Positions 11,011 through 21,473 of a stretch of 64,000 bases of DNA are shown in pieces (position 1 is the stretch's first letter; every line of letters begins with the position of its first letter). Below the pieces are notes generated by a model, which saw only the letters and a program-made list of their open reading frames with translations, did not search any database and had not been told where the DNA came from. Source of the DNA: Halorarum halobium (GTDB taxonomy: Archaea; Halobacteriota; Halobacteria; Halobacteriales; Haloferacaceae); the NCBI RefSeq assembly GCF_032116555.1, contig NZ_CP134949.1, forward strand, positions 1,674,001-1,738,000, given 5' to 3'. A program made the translations under genes and the position numbers.

Positions 11011-12687
11011 ATGACGTGGCACGTCGAACTCGACTACCAGGACTACGAGACCGCCCGCGAGGAGTTCGAGTGGACCGTCCCGGCCGAGTACAACCTCGCA
11101 CACGACCTCCTCCGAAAACACGAGGACGTCCACCGACCCGCACTCCACCAGTCGTACCCCGACGGCCGCGAGCGGACGTACTCGTTCCGCGAACTCGACG
11201 ACCTGTCCGACCGGGTCGCCCGCGGGCTGGCGAACCGGGGCGTGGGGCGCGGGGACCGGGTCGGCGTCGTGCTCCCGCAGGTGCCCGCCAACCCGCTCAC
11301 GCACCTCGCCTGCTGGAAACTCGGCGCGGTCTCGATTCCGCTCTCGGTGCTGTTCGGCCCGGACGGGCTCGAATCGAGGCTCGGGGACGCCGGCGCGGTC
11401 GCGGTGGTGGCCGACGAGGAGGTGCGCGACGCGGTGTCGACCGCCGTGGGGAACTGCCGGGGGCTCGACCGTCACGTCGAGGTCCGGTGGCGCGGTGAGG
11501 CGAGTGAGGACGCCCCGGCGTGGAACGCTGAAGACGGCGACGACGGCCCGGACGAGCGCTTCGCCACGCTCCTGGGGGAACCCGCCGGGTTCGACAGGGT
11601 CGAGACCGGGCCCGACACGCCCGCGGTCGTGCTCTACACGAGCGGCTCGACCGGCCCGCCGAAGGGCGTCCTCCACACTCACGACGTCTGGGTCGGCCAC
11701 TGTCCGGCGTTCTTCATGTACGTCGAACGCGACGTCGAGGGGACGTACTGGACGCCGGCCGACTGGGCCTGGATCGGCGCGCTCGGCGACCTGCTGTTCC
11801 CCGCCTGGCACTACGGGCAGCCGGTCGTCGGCCACCCGATGGGCCCGTTCGACCCCGAAACGGCGGTCGAACTCATGGATGAATACGACGTCACCGACGC
11901 GTTCCTGCCGCCGACCGCGATCCGGATGCTGATGAGCCACGGGACGGGGTCGGTTGACCTCTCGCTGGAGACCGTCTGTTCGGGTGGCGAACCGCTCACG
12001 CCGGAAATCCTGGAGTGGGCCGACGACGAAATGGACGGCCTCGTCGTCAACGAGCTGTACGGCCAGACGGAGGCGAACCTGCTCGTGACGAACTGCCGGG
12101 ACTGGTTTTCCGGGCGTGCCGGGAGCATGGGTAAACCCGTCCCCGGCCACGAGGTCGCCATCGTCGACACGGAGACCGGGGAACGAAAACCGCCCGGCGA
12201 GGTGGGAGCGATCGCCGTGCGTCGGGCCGACGACCCGGTCGTGTTCTCGGAGTACTGGAACGCCCCGGAACGGACCGCCGCGGCGACGCTCGACGGCTGG
12301 CATCTCACCGGCGACCTCGGTTCGCGCGACGAGGACGGCTACCTGTGGTTCAAATCCCGCGACGACGACGTCATCATCACCGCGGGCTACCGGGTCGGTC
12401 CCGGCGAGGTCGAGGGCGCGATCCTGAACCACGCCGACGTCGAACAGGCGGGCGTGATCGGCGTCCCCGACGACACCCGCGGGGAACTGATCAAGGCGTT
12501 CGTGGAACCGGCCGCGGGGGTCGACCCCGACGACGAACTCCGGGAGGAGATCCGTTCGCTCGTCCGCGACCGGCTCGCCAAACACGAGTACCCGCGCGAG
12601 ATCGAGTTCCTCGCGGGGCTCCCGCAGACGACGACCGGAAAGATCCGTCGCCGGGCGCTCCGCGACCGGGAGGGGAGCGGCGACTGA
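11011..12687 (+). CDS. Acyl-CoA synthetase (AMP-forming)
   Basis: YTSGSTGPPKG, YGQTE, TGD, and TTTGKIRR adenylation motifs. Confidence 0.93.
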   Translation: MTWHVELDYQDYETAREEFEWTVPAEYNLAHDLLRKHEDVHRPALHQSYPDGRERTYSFRELDDLSDRVARGLANRGVGRGDRVGVVLPQVPANPLTHLACWKLGAVSIPLSVLFGPDGLESRLGDAGAVAVVADEEVRDAVSTAVGNCRGLDRHVEVRWRGEASEDAPAWNAEDGDDGPDERFATLLGEPAGFDRVETGPDTPAVVLYTSGSTGPPKGVLHTHDVWVGHCPAFFMYVERDVEGTYWTPADWAWIGALGDLLFPAWHYGQPVVGHPMGPFDPETAVELMDEYDVTDAFLPPTAIRMLMSHGTGSVDLSLETVCSGGEPLTPEILEWADDEMDGLVVNELYGQTEANLLVTNCRDWFSGRAGSMGKPVPGHEVAIVDTETGERKPPGEVGAIAVRRADDPVVFSEYWNAPERTAAATLDGWHLTGDLGSRDEDGYLWFKSRDDDVIITAGYRVGPGEVEGAILNHADVEQAGVIGVPDDTRGELIKAFVEPAAGVDPDDELREEIRSLVRDRLAKHEYPREIEFLAGLPQTTTGKIRRRALRDREGSGD

Positions 12688-12720
12688 CTCGCGCTGTGGA
12701 TGGGGCCGAAACCCGTCGGG

Positions 12721-13806
12721 TCAGTCGTCTGCCGGTGCCGTCGTCCCGTCGGCGGCCGGAACCTCGATCTCGCCGGCGTCGAGTTCCGCTTCGAGCTCCC
12801 GGGTCGCCCGCACGAGGTTCTCCATCTTGCCGTAGGCGATCTCGCGGGGGAGCAGTTTCAGCCCGCAGTCGGGCGAGACGGTGAGTTTCTCGGGCGGGAC
12901 GACCTTCAGGCCCTCGCGGATGTTCGCCTTGATCTCCTCGACCGACTCGACCTCGGCGACGTGGGCGTCGACGACGCCGAGCGCGAGGTCGGGCGCGAAC
13001 GCGCCGTCCGCGAAGACGTCGATCTGCTCGTAGTCGCCGTTACAGAGTTCGACGTCGAACTCGTCGATCGGGTAGTCGTTGATCTCGGGGTAGACGCGCG
13101 AGTAGTCGCCGTAGCAGACGTGGAGCCCGATTCGGACGTCCTCGGGGACGCCGGCCACGATACGGTCGAGACACTCGCCGACGATGGCGTGGTCGTCGGG
13201 CGTCGTCGCCAGCGCCGGCTCGTCAATCTGGACGTAGCGCGCGCCGGCCTCGACGAGCTTCTCGACCTCCTCGTTGACGAGGTCCGCCAGATCGTACGCG
13301 AGCGCCTCGTTGTCGTCGTACGCCTCGTTGAACGACCAGTTCGCCAGCGTGTACGGGCCGGTGATTGGGACCTTCACCGGGCGCGAGGCGACCGCGTCGG
13401 TGAACGCGAACTCGTCGACGAGCCACGGCTCGTCGTACTCGACCTCGTCCACCACGGAGGGCTTGTCGAAGTAGTTGTGGCCCCACACCTTCACGGGACC
13501 GTTGAACTCGTAGCCCTCGATGCGCTCGGCGAAGAACTCGACCATCTCCTCGCGGCGCATCTCGCCGTCGACGACGGTGTCGAGGCCAGCCCGCTCGTGT
13601 TCGTGTGTGATGACGCGGCAGGCGTCGTCGTGGGCCTCCGTGAGGTCCTCGGCGTCGAACTTAGAGTCCGAGTCCTCGGCGAGGTCGCTCGCGCGGTTCA
13701 GCCACTTGGGCTTCGGATACGAGCCGACGACCGTCGTGAGCAGGAAGTGCTCGTTCGGGTGGTCCTCGGGTCGGAACCCCTCGCGGTTCTCCGGGTTCCG
13801 GCTCAC
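12721..13806 (-). CDS. metE: Cobalamin-independent methionine synthase, catalytic (MetE C-terminal-like) subunit
   Basis: GTG start at 13806 overlapping the upstream stop; TTVVGSYPKP, DGEMRR, GPYTL, QIDEP, Zn ligands HVCYG and PDCGLK. Confidence 0.9.
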   Translation of the reverse strand: MSRNPENREGFRPEDHPNEHFLLTTVVGSYPKPKWLNRASDLAEDSDSKFDAEDLTEAHDDACRVITHEHERAGLDTVVDGEMRREEMVEFFAERIEGYEFNGPVKVWGHNYFDKPSVVDEVEYDEPWLVDEFAFTDAVASRPVKVPITGPYTLANWSFNEAYDDNEALAYDLADLVNEEVEKLVEAGARYVQIDEPALATTPDDHAIVGECLDRIVAGVPEDVRIGLHVCYGDYSRVYPEINDYPIDEFDVELCNGDYEQIDVFADGAFAPDLALGVVDAHVAEVESVEEIKANIREGLKVVPPEKLTVSPDCGLKLLPREIAYGKMENLVRATRELEAELDAGEIEVPAADGTTAPADD

Positions 13807-14825
13807 GCCTCCACCCCCTCGACGGCGGCGAGGCGAGCGCCCTCGGCGAGCGCGCCGAGCTTCTCCAGATGCCTGTTCGTCGGCAGGTAGAACGGCTCCG
13901 TGTTGTAGCTCACGTACGTCGTCTCGAACGTCTGGCCGGGTACCTGCTCGTGAACCCACTCGACGCGTTCCGCGACCGTTTCCGGCTCCTCGACGAGCGT
14001 GTTCTGGCCGTCGACGACGCCGAGCGCGACGTCGGATTTCGTCCCGAGTTCGTTGATGCATTCGAGGTTCCGCTCGCGGTCTGCGGCGACGAAGTCGAAG
14101 CCGATCGCGTCCACGTCGGCGTCCATGAGGTGCGCGTACGGCTTCTCCGCGAACGCCTCCCAGTACGTGTGGACGACGACCTCGGCGTCCGTGGCGGCCA
14201 CGACCGTATCAATCGCCTCGCTCGCCCGCTCGTCCGCCCCGTCCGCCGGCGCGTTCGTGACGAAGGAGGGCTCCAGCAGGAACAGGGTCGCGTGGTCCGG
14301 GAACTCGGCGACCTCGCCGGCGAGGAACTCCGCGACGGCGGCGAGGAACTCGGCGTCGTCCCCGTAGTGCTCGTCGGTCGCCAGGTCGGCGAGCGTGTAC
14401 GGGCCCGGCAGCACGGCCTGGAGCAGCGAGCCTGATTCGTCGCCGAGCAGGTCCGCGGCCGCGGCCAGTTCGGCGGCGACGTCGCCCGAGGGGGTCAGTT
14501 CGCCGACGACCCGCAGATCACGGTAGAAGTTGTTGTTGTCGTAGTAGCGAACGATGCCGCCCGTCTCGACGTTCCCGTGGACGGTCAGCGGGTGCGCGAG
14601 CATGTCGTCCCAGCGGCCCTGTCCCTCGACGATCCGGTCCAGCTCCGCGTCCCGCTGGTCGTCGACGAGTTCGGCGCGAACGCGGTCGTAGGCGGCCGCG
14701 ATCTCGCCGCCCTCGCCGCCGGAGACGAGATCGCCCTTCTGGTGGCCCTTCAGCTCGGAGAGTTCGTCCTTCGACCGGTCGGGGAGCGGGTACAGCCCCG
14801 GCGTGGTCGAGACTACGTCGGTCAT
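13803..14825 (-). CDS. MetE N-terminal-like subunit (split MetE partner)
   Basis: EGQGRWDD, RYYDNNNFYR, LPGPYTL, LEPS, LGVVDGQNT; lacks the Zn-binding HxC and C motifs. Confidence 0.85.
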   Translation of the reverse strand: MTDVVSTTPGLYPLPDRSKDELSELKGHQKGDLVSGGEGGEIAAAYDRVRAELVDDQRDAELDRIVEGQGRWDDMLAHPLTVHGNVETGGIVRYYDNNNFYRDLRVVGELTPSGDVAAELAAAADLLGDESGSLLQAVLPGPYTLADLATDEHYGDDAEFLAAVAEFLAGEVAEFPDHATLFLLEPSFVTNAPADGADERASEAIDTVVAATDAEVVVHTYWEAFAEKPYAHLMDADVDAIGFDFVAADRERNLECINELGTKSDVALGVVDGQNTLVEEPETVAERVEWVHEQVPGQTFETTYVSYNTEPFYLPTNRHLEKLGALAEGARLAAVEGVEA

Positions 14826-14884
14826 CACCTACCGATACCCGATACCGACGCATAATACTTCCTACTGAGGTTAATGCTCCATAG

Positions 14885-15496
14885 TTATCTCTCCTCGAGC
14901 GCGAGCACCGACAACGTTTCGTACGGGAACGACTCCTCGAGGACCGTCTCGGCGTCGAACCCGCGTTCGACGGCGTACGCGACGACGTCGGCAAAGCCCG
15001 CGAGCGAGGAAACCAGCAGGAGAACGGTTCCCGACGGTGCCAGTACGCGGGCGACGTCGTCGAGGAACGGCTCGATGAGCTCCCGGCCCGACTCGCCGCC
15101 CGAGAGCGCCGCCTCCTGCCAGTCGTCCCACTCGGCGTCCGGGTCGGTCGGGAGGTACGGCGGGTTGAACAGCACCGTGTCGAACGCGCCGTCCCGGAAC
15201 GCGTCGAGGAGGTCCGTCCGGACGGCTTCGAGGCCGCGCTCGCGCGCCCGTCGACAGGCGTGCGGGTTCACGTCGCTGCCGATCACGCGGGAGACGTCCT
15301 CCAGGGCCGCCGTCCGCTCGGCGACCCACCCCGAACCCGTACCGACTTCCAGGGCGACGCCGTGGGCGCGCCGTTCGGCCGCCGTCGCGAGCAACCCGGA
15401 GTCCTCGGCGGGCGCGTACACCGGGTCGCCGAGCCCACGACGCGCGGCGAGTTCCTCCCGCGTCGTCCGCTCGGACCCCCCGTCGTCACTCGGCAT
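14885..15496 (-). CDS. HemK2/MTQ2-family protein methyltransferase
   Basis: VYAPAEDS, LEVGTGSG, FNPPYLP, SGGESGR. Confidence 0.92.
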   Translation of the reverse strand: MPSDDGGSERTTREELAARRGLGDPVYAPAEDSGLLATAAERRAHGVALEVGTGSGWVAERTAALEDVSRVIGSDVNPHACRRARERGLEAVRTDLLDAFRDGAFDTVLFNPPYLPTDPDAEWDDWQEAALSGGESGRELIEPFLDDVARVLAPSGTVLLLVSSLAGFADVVAYAVERGFDAETVLEESFPYETLSVLALEER

Positions 15497-16796
15497 CGTC
15501 GCTCCCCGTCGCCTGGTCGTCGCTCACCGCCTTACCGCTCCCGTCACTCCGTTCCCCCTCCTCGGGCGACCCGTTCGTCTCGGCCGCGTCGGCGCCGTTC
15601 GAGGCACCGTCGCGTCCCGGCGCCGCAGGCACGTCGAACCGCGAGTCCGCGCCGCGGGCCGACAGTTCGCGCTGCGGGAACGGGATGACGACGCCGCCCT
15701 CGGCGAACGCCGACTTGACGGCCGCGATGACGTTCGTGCGCGCACGCCACATCTTCCGGGCGCTCGGGTTGTCGATGTGGAAGCGGAGCCGCAACACGAC
15801 CGCCGAGTCGTCGAACTCGGGGAGCACGACGTGCGGGGTCGGCTGGTCGAGTACGAGGTCCTGCTCGGCCATCGCGCCCTCGGCCAGGTCGATCGCCGTC
15901 TCGATGTCCGTTTCGTAGTCGACGCCGACGTCGACGTTGATCCGGAGCCGACCCTTCCTGGATCGGTTGAGGATCTCCTCGCTGGTCACCGTGTCGTTCG
16001 GGACCATCAGGAACTCGTCGTCGAACGTGCGGAGCTGCGTGTTGACGATGTTGATGTCGGTGACGACGCCCTCCTGGTCGCCGATCCGGACCCAGTCGCC
16101 GAGTTCGAACGGACGGGAGAACAGCACGACGAAGCCGGCGAGTACCGCGCCCAGCGTCTGTCGCGCCGCGAGCCCGAGGACGATGCCGGCGAACCCTGCC
16201 CCGACGAGGAGGCCGCCGACGTTGACGCCCCAGAGCCCGAGCACGAGCATCAGCGCGACCGAGTAGATGCTGACCTGGGCGATGTGGTGGCCGATCTGTC
16301 GCTGGTGTCGGGAGATCGTACCGCGGCGCTTCCCGGCGCGCTTGACCGCCCGCTTGGTGATCCGTGTGAACGTGTACGCCCCGGCCAGGATGACGACCGT
16401 GAACATCGCGCGGGCGACGTCTCCCTCCCGGAGGCGGAGCGTGCCGAACGCGTACTGGATGACCGTCGACCCGCGCCAGACGACGACGAAGAACACGCCG
16501 ACGAACGCGGTGAAGACGGCCATCGTTCCCGCCTGTGCGGCCTCCACGGCGGTGTCGTTGAACCGCTCCTTCAGGGAACCGCCGGCGGACCTGATGAGCT
16601 CACCCAGGAACAGCAGGACGAGCGCCGCGATGAACGTCCCTGCCAGTTGCGCCTGGAGGGTCGGAAACGTCGCGTGGATCGGGTCGGTCAGCTCCGGGGG
16701 GAGCGGCGGAACGTCCACCGCCGTCTCGTTACCGGACGGGAACGGTGTCGACGTCGCGGTTCCGTTCGTCCCCCCGCTTCCGCTCTGACCAGTCAC
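15486..16796 (-). CDS. MscS-family mechanosensitive channel
   Basis: GAGFAGIVLGLAA, RPFELGDWV, VPN, IPFPQREL. Confidence 0.9.
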   Translation of the reverse strand: MTGQSGSGGTNGTATSTPFPSGNETAVDVPPLPPELTDPIHATFPTLQAQLAGTFIAALVLLFLGELIRSAGGSLKERFNDTAVEAAQAGTMAVFTAFVGVFFVVVWRGSTVIQYAFGTLRLREGDVARAMFTVVILAGAYTFTRITKRAVKRAGKRRGTISRHQRQIGHHIAQVSIYSVALMLVLGLWGVNVGGLLVGAGFAGIVLGLAARQTLGAVLAGFVVLFSRPFELGDWVRIGDQEGVVTDINIVNTQLRTFDDEFLMVPNDTVTSEEILNRSRKGRLRINVDVGVDYETDIETAIDLAEGAMAEQDLVLDQPTPHVVLPEFDDSAVVLRLRFHIDNPSARKMWRARTNVIAAVKSAFAEGGVVIPFPQRELSARGADSRFDVPAAPGRDGASNGADAAETNGSPEEGERSDGSGKAVSDDQATGSDDAE

Positions 16797-17659
16797 TGTC
16801 CATCACCGACGGCGCTTTCCTCGGTCGCCGTGCCCGCGAGCGCGGCGAACGTTTCGGGCGGGAGGTCGCCCGGTCGGCTCGAGAGCGTCTCCTCCGCGAC
16901 CGCGTCGACGACGGCGTCGGGGTCCTCGAGTCCAGAGATGTGGGCCGTGTTCCGGATGGCGTTGCGAACCGTCTTCCGCCGCTGGGTGAACAGCGCCTTG
17001 ACGAAACGGAGGAAGAACGCCTCGTCCGCGACCTCGTAGCCGGGCGCCCGTGGGGTGCATCGCACGACGGCGCTCTCCACGCGGGGTTGCGGGTCGAACG
17101 CCTCGCGCGGGACGGTCTCGACGAGTTCGACGTCGGCGTAGTGTCGAGCACTCACGGAGAGCCTGCCGTACTCGGCGGTGCCGGCCTCGGCGACCATCCG
17201 CTCGGCGAACTCGAGCTGGAACATCAATACGAGCGGGCGGCCCTCGGGGAGCAGTCGGAACGTGATCTCGGAGGAGACGCCGTACGGGAGGTTGGAGACG
17301 CAGGCGGAGAACTCCGGGAGGTCGAGCGAGAGCGCGTCGCCCTCCAGAACCGCCAGTCGGTCCTGGGCGACGGCCTCGGCGAACTCCTCGCGGAGGAACG
17401 CGGCGAGGTCGGGGTCCCGCTCGACGACGGTCACCCGGTCCCCGGCGGCGAGCAACCTGTCGGTGAGCGCGCCCGTTCCGCCGCCGATCTCGAGCAGGTG
17501 CGAGCGGTCAGTTCCGTCCGGGAGATGGCTCGGAACCCTGTCGAGAACCCTGTCGTCGACGAGGAAGTGCTGGTCCCGGTCCGGGTTCCCCCTGACCCCC
17601 GCGCGCCGGCGGAGACGGTCCGGGTCCCGAAACGTGGACTCGGACTCGAACTCGGTCAT
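16793..17659 (-). CDS. rsmA: 16S rRNA adenine dimethyltransferase RsmA/KsgA
   Basis: DQHFL, LEIGGGTGALT, SNLPY, YGRLSV, F.PQPRVES, FTQRRKT. Confidence 0.95.
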   Translation of the reverse strand: MTEFESESTFRDPDRLRRRAGVRGNPDRDQHFLVDDRVLDRVPSHLPDGTDRSHLLEIGGGTGALTDRLLAAGDRVTVVERDPDLAAFLREEFAEAVAQDRLAVLEGDALSLDLPEFSACVSNLPYGVSSEITFRLLPEGRPLVLMFQLEFAERMVAEAGTAEYGRLSVSARHYADVELVETVPREAFDPQPRVESAVVRCTPRAPGYEVADEAFFLRFVKALFTQRRKTVRNAIRNTAHISGLEDPDAVVDAVAEETLSSRPGDLPPETFAALAGTATEESAVGDGQ

Positions 17660-17735
17660 CGCCCCGGCGTTCGGAGGCGGCGGGTGTAAATCCGTCTATC
17701 CGACCAGCAGCGGGTCACCGATTCCCGATCGGCGT

Positions 17736-18395
17736 TCAGTCCTCCTCGCTCCGGCCGACGAACGTCTTGTACTTGAGGTCCTCGTCGCGCAGCTCCTCCA
17801 TGATGCGCTCGACGAGCACCTCGCGCGGGTGGTGGAGCCCGGAGACGCGCTCGGAAAGCTCCTCGAACGACTCGAACGGACCGCGCTTGCGCTCGTCGAG
17901 GATGTTGTTCCTGAGCTTCTTGCCGATCCCGGGAAGGAGGTTCAGCTGGTGGAGCCGGAGGGTGATCGGCCCGGCGTCGTTGTAGAAGTCGACGAACCGC
18001 CGCTCGTTGCGCTCGATGAGCTCCTCGACGGCGTACTCCAGTTCGCCCTGTGCGTTCCGCGTGAGATCGTCGAACTCCACCTCCCGAATGCGGTCCACGA
18101 CTGCCGGGTCGGGTTCCGGGTGGACCGCGAGCCTGTCGCCGATCGACACGTCCGCCTCGTCGGCGAGCCGGAACTCGAACAGGCGGAAGTCACGCTCGCC
18201 GAGCGCGTACGCGAGCGCGGGCTTCTGGTGGGGTGGTCGGTTGTCGTCGGGGTCCCCGTTCGGCAGGTGATCGAGCACGACCGCCTCCCCGGTCTGTTCG
18301 GCCGGGTCGGCGGGCGACTCCGCCTCGGACGCCGGCACGTCGGACTCGTCCGCGTCGGCCGAGGGATCCCCTGGTGACGACTCCTCGTCGGTCAT
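17736..18395 (-). CDS. DUF655-family putative nucleic-acid-binding protein
   Basis: ITLRLHQLNLLPGIGKK, RGPFESFEEL; conserved position between rpo4 and rsmA. Confidence 0.9.
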   Translation of the reverse strand: MTDEESSPGDPSADADESDVPASEAESPADPAEQTGEAVVLDHLPNGDPDDNRPPHQKPALAYALGERDFRLFEFRLADEADVSIGDRLAVHPEPDPAVVDRIREVEFDDLTRNAQGELEYAVEELIERNERRFVDFYNDAGPITLRLHQLNLLPGIGKKLRNNILDERKRGPFESFEELSERVSGLHHPREVLVERIMEELRDEDLKYKTFVGRSEED

Positions 18396-18449
18396 ACACA
18401 CCGGTACACCGGGCAGGTCCTTAAAAGGTGGTCGCGGAACGGCTCGCCC

Positions 18450-18806
18450 TCAGGCGTACCGGGCGACGACGTTGAGGATCTCGTCGAGTTCCTCGCCCGA
18501 AAGAGCGTACCGCTCCTGGGCGTACACGGCCCGCAGCTCCGTGCGGTCGCGCGGCAGCAGGTCGGCGATCTTGTAAGCGGTCGCCTCGTTCACCTTCTCC
18601 AGCTCCTGCAGGTCCTCGACGAGTTCGAGCGACTCCTCGGCGTCGAGGACGGCGAACCGGTTGACGTGCTCGATGGCCCGCGCAAGCTCGTAGCGGAGTT
18701 CGCGGTCCTCCTCGGTCGCGCGCTCGGCCTCGACGTCCGCGAGCAGCTCTTTCGCCTCGGAGACGGTGAGGTACTCCTCGTCGAGCTTTTCTTTGAATAT
18801 CGTCAT
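18450..18806 (-). CDS. rpo4: RNA polymerase subunit Rpo4 (F)
   Basis: EEYLTVSEAKELL...YELARAIEH...KIADLLP..RTELRAVYAQER. Confidence 0.93.
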   Translation of the reverse strand: MTIFKEKLDEEYLTVSEAKELLADVEAERATEEDRELRYELARAIEHVNRFAVLDAEESLELVEDLQELEKVNEATAYKIADLLPRDRTELRAVYAQERYALSGEELDEILNVVARYA

Positions 18807-18810
18807 GTGC

Positions 18811-19107
18811 TCAGTCGTTCTGCTGGGCGCGGAGGTGTGCGGGCTTGGCGATCAGCGTCTTGACGACGCTGCCGTCGGTGATCTCGACCTTGTACGCGCT
18901 GCCCTGTTCGCCCACGACGGTTCCGGTGCGGCCGTTGAAGCGCGGGTGGAACCTGCCGTCGGGCACCGACGGGTCGAGCGCGAGGTGGACGGTCTGGCCC
19001 TCGTCGAAGTCCGCGATCGCTCGCTGGGGTGGCGACGTTCCCCGGTCCCGGGGGTCGTTCGAGAGCTTGCCACGCGTGCCGTGAAGAGGTCCGTTGGAGC
19101 TCGGCAT
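18811..19107 (-). CDS. rpl21e: 50S ribosomal protein L21e
   Basis: [35 protein letters not shown]. Confidence 0.96.
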   Translation of the reverse strand: MPSSNGPLHGTRGKLSNDPRDRGTSPPQRAIADFDEGQTVHLALDPSVPDGRFHPRFNGRTGTVVGEQGSAYKVEITDGSVVKTLIAKPAHLRAQQND

Positions 19108-19209
19108 AATCCTACGAGGTGTTTTCGCCGGTTCGCTTATAAATGGTGCGTTCTGTTCCGCAGGTGTGAACCCTCCGCACGGCCCCGACACGGCACGGTC
19201 CGTCCGCGG

Positions 19210-20241
19210 TCAGCGGACGATCCGCTTCACGTCGGACGCGCCGGCCCGCCGGACGACCGCCCTGACGGGGTCACGGACGCCCGTCAGGTTGTCCGAGTCG
19301 CCGTCGAGGACGACGACCGGCCCCGGGCGGCCTTCCTCGATGAGGCCGCAGTCGAGGTCGGCGATCTCCGCGCCGTTCACCGTCGCCATCCGGAGCACCT
19401 CGACGGCGGTCGCATCGGTGAGCTTCGCGGCGAACTCCATCTCGCGGAACATCGACGGCGAGTTCAACATCACGTTGTCCGTGCCGAGCGCGACCGTCGT
19501 CCGGTCGAGCAGTTCGCGGAGCGGCGCGACCCCGACTCCGGTCACCAGGTTCGACCGCGGACAGACGACGACCGGAACCTCCGCATCCGAGAGCCTGTCG
19601 AGGTGAACCGGGTCCGGATGGACCATGTGGACGAGGACGTCGGGGTCGAGGTCCATCGCGGCGTTGATGTCGTCGGGGTCGCGCTCGCCGGCGTGGATGG
19701 CGAACAGCTTCCCGGCCCGTCTGGTCGCGTTCCGGGCGGCGTCGAAGTCGCCGTCGCGTGCCCCGCTCGCGCCGTAGCCGTCCGAGCTCGGGTGTTCCAT
19801 GGCGTCGATGGATCCCCGACCCAGCACCACGCTCTCGATGGGGACGTCCGCCACGGCCTCCCCGATGGCTTCGACGCCGTCCACGTCGCCCTCGCGGAAC
19901 TCGACGTGTGCGGCCGTCCCGGTCTCGGCCATGAACTGCAGGCTCCGACGCATCGCCTCGACGGTCTCATCGTGACTCGCGTCCCGAAGCAACCGGTGTT
20001 TGAGCCCGTCCGGCGGCGCGACCAGTTCGTCGAGCGAGAGGCCGCCGCCGGCCTCCTTGGCGATCGAGTCGCCGATGTGGGTGTGGGCGTTGACGAAGGC
20101 GGGGAGGATGACGTCGCTCGACCCGGTCGCGGCCGCCTCGACGGCAGTGACCGTCCCGTCCTCGACGACCACCCGACCCTCGACGGGGTCGAACTCCCGA
20201 CCGACGAGCACGGTTCCCTCGAACGTTTCGGGCCCAGTCAC
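19210..20241 (-). CDS. Amidohydrolase-superfamily protein (nucleoside deaminase-like)
   Basis: NAHTH, IHAGE, VHMVH and LGTDN metal ligands; start overlaps the HD gene stop. Confidence 0.88.
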   Translation of the reverse strand: MTGPETFEGTVLVGREFDPVEGRVVVEDGTVTAVEAAATGSSDVILPAFVNAHTHIGDSIAKEAGGGLSLDELVAPPDGLKHRLLRDASHDETVEAMRRSLQFMAETGTAAHVEFREGDVDGVEAIGEAVADVPIESVVLGRGSIDAMEHPSSDGYGASGARDGDFDAARNATRRAGKLFAIHAGERDPDDINAAMDLDPDVLVHMVHPDPVHLDRLSDAEVPVVVCPRSNLVTGVGVAPLRELLDRTTVALGTDNVMLNSPSMFREMEFAAKLTDATAVEVLRMATVNGAEIADLDCGLIEEGRPGPVVVLDGDSDNLTGVRDPVRAVVRRAGASDVKRIVR

Positions 20242-21473
20242 GGCTTCCCTCCGTCGAACTCGTCGAGCGTCGCGGTCACGCCCGGGGTGACGTCCGCGAC
20301 GAGCGCGCCCTCGATGTCGAGCCCCAGCCGTTCAGCCGCCGCCTTCCCCACTCGGTCGGTCGCGTCAGCCGTGGTGTAAACCCCCAGCCGCCACTGTTCG
20401 CGCTGGGCGGTCCGAAGGGCGGTCACGAGCGGCGACTGCTCGCCGAGCCGGCGGACGTCCCCGTTCACCAGGACTTCCGTGGTCGACTCCGTCATCGTCG
20501 GCTCGGCGGGAACGTCAACGATGACCTCCTCGGCCGAGAGCTCACAGCGCTCCGCGACGTCCGCCTCGACCGCCCGCAGTTCCTCGTGGTCGGCGGCGAG
20601 CACGGACTCGGGCACGTCGCCGTACTCGGCCCAGACGGCGCGCTTGTAGAGGTCCCGCGAGTCGTACCGCCTGGCGAACGCGGCCGTGTCGTCGGTCACC
20701 CGGAGCGCCGTCACGAGGTCGTAGTCGTCCATTCGCCTGACTTCCCCCGCGTCGATGTCGGGCTGGTCCAGCAGGCGCTCGGTCGCGTGCCGGAGCATCG
20801 CCTTGCTGATGCGGGCGACCGGGTGCGTGTAGACGGTCGGGTTCATCAGCGCGCGGGCGAGCAGCAGCGACTCGGCCGTCTGGACGTTTCCCTCGTCGAG
20901 CACCAGTTCGTCCCCGACGAACGTCAGTTCGCGGACGAGCCGTTCGTGGTCGATGGTGCCGTACGGGACGCCGGTGTGGTGGGCGTCCCGCACGAGGTAG
21001 TCCATCCGGTCCACGTCCAGTTCCCCCGAGACGAGTTGCCCGTACTTCCCCTCGCCGGCGATGAGGTCGGCCACGCGGGCCGGGTCGATGTCGTGGTCGG
21101 CGAGGACGTCGCCGACTTCGGTCCGGGCGATGAGCCGGTCCACGTCGTCGTGGTACAGTCCCGTGTGGCGGTGGAGCAGTTCCTCGACGTTGTGGCTGAA
21201 CGGCGCGTGCCCGACGTCGTGGAGGATGGCTGCCGCGCGGATGCGTTCGGCCTGGATTCCCTCCACGGAGAGGTGTTCGAGCGCGCGCGAGGCGAGGTGG
21301 TAGACGCCGAGGCTGTGCTCGAACCGCGTGTGGTTCGCGGATGGGTAGACGAGCTTGACCGTGCCGAGCTGTGCGATGCGGCGGAGCCGCTGGACCTGCG
21401 GCGTGTCCAGCAGGTCCGCGGCGACGCCCTCGACCTCGATGTGGTCGTGGACCGAGTCCTTGATCGTCGTCAT
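20238..21473 (-). CDS. HD-domain phosphohydrolase, SAMHD1/dNTP triphosphohydrolase-like (paralog 1)
   Basis: QRLRRIAQL, ANHTRFEHSLG, LHDVGHAPFSH, LDVDRMDYL. Confidence 0.92.
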   Translation of the reverse strand: MTTIKDSVHDHIEVEGVAADLLDTPQVQRLRRIAQLGTVKLVYPSANHTRFEHSLGVYHLASRALEHLSVEGIQAERIRAAAILHDVGHAPFSHNVEELLHRHTGLYHDDVDRLIARTEVGDVLADHDIDPARVADLIAGEGKYGQLVSGELDVDRMDYLVRDAHHTGVPYGTIDHERLVRELTFVGDELVLDEGNVQTAESLLLARALMNPTVYTHPVARISKAMLRHATERLLDQPDIDAGEVRRMDDYDLVTALRVTDDTAAFARRYDSRDLYKRAVWAEYGDVPESVLAADHEELRAVEADVAERCELSAEEVIVDVPAEPTMTESTTEVLVNGDVRRLGEQSPLVTALRTAQREQWRLGVYTTADATDRVGKAAAERLGLDIEGALVADVTPGVTATLDEFDGGKP

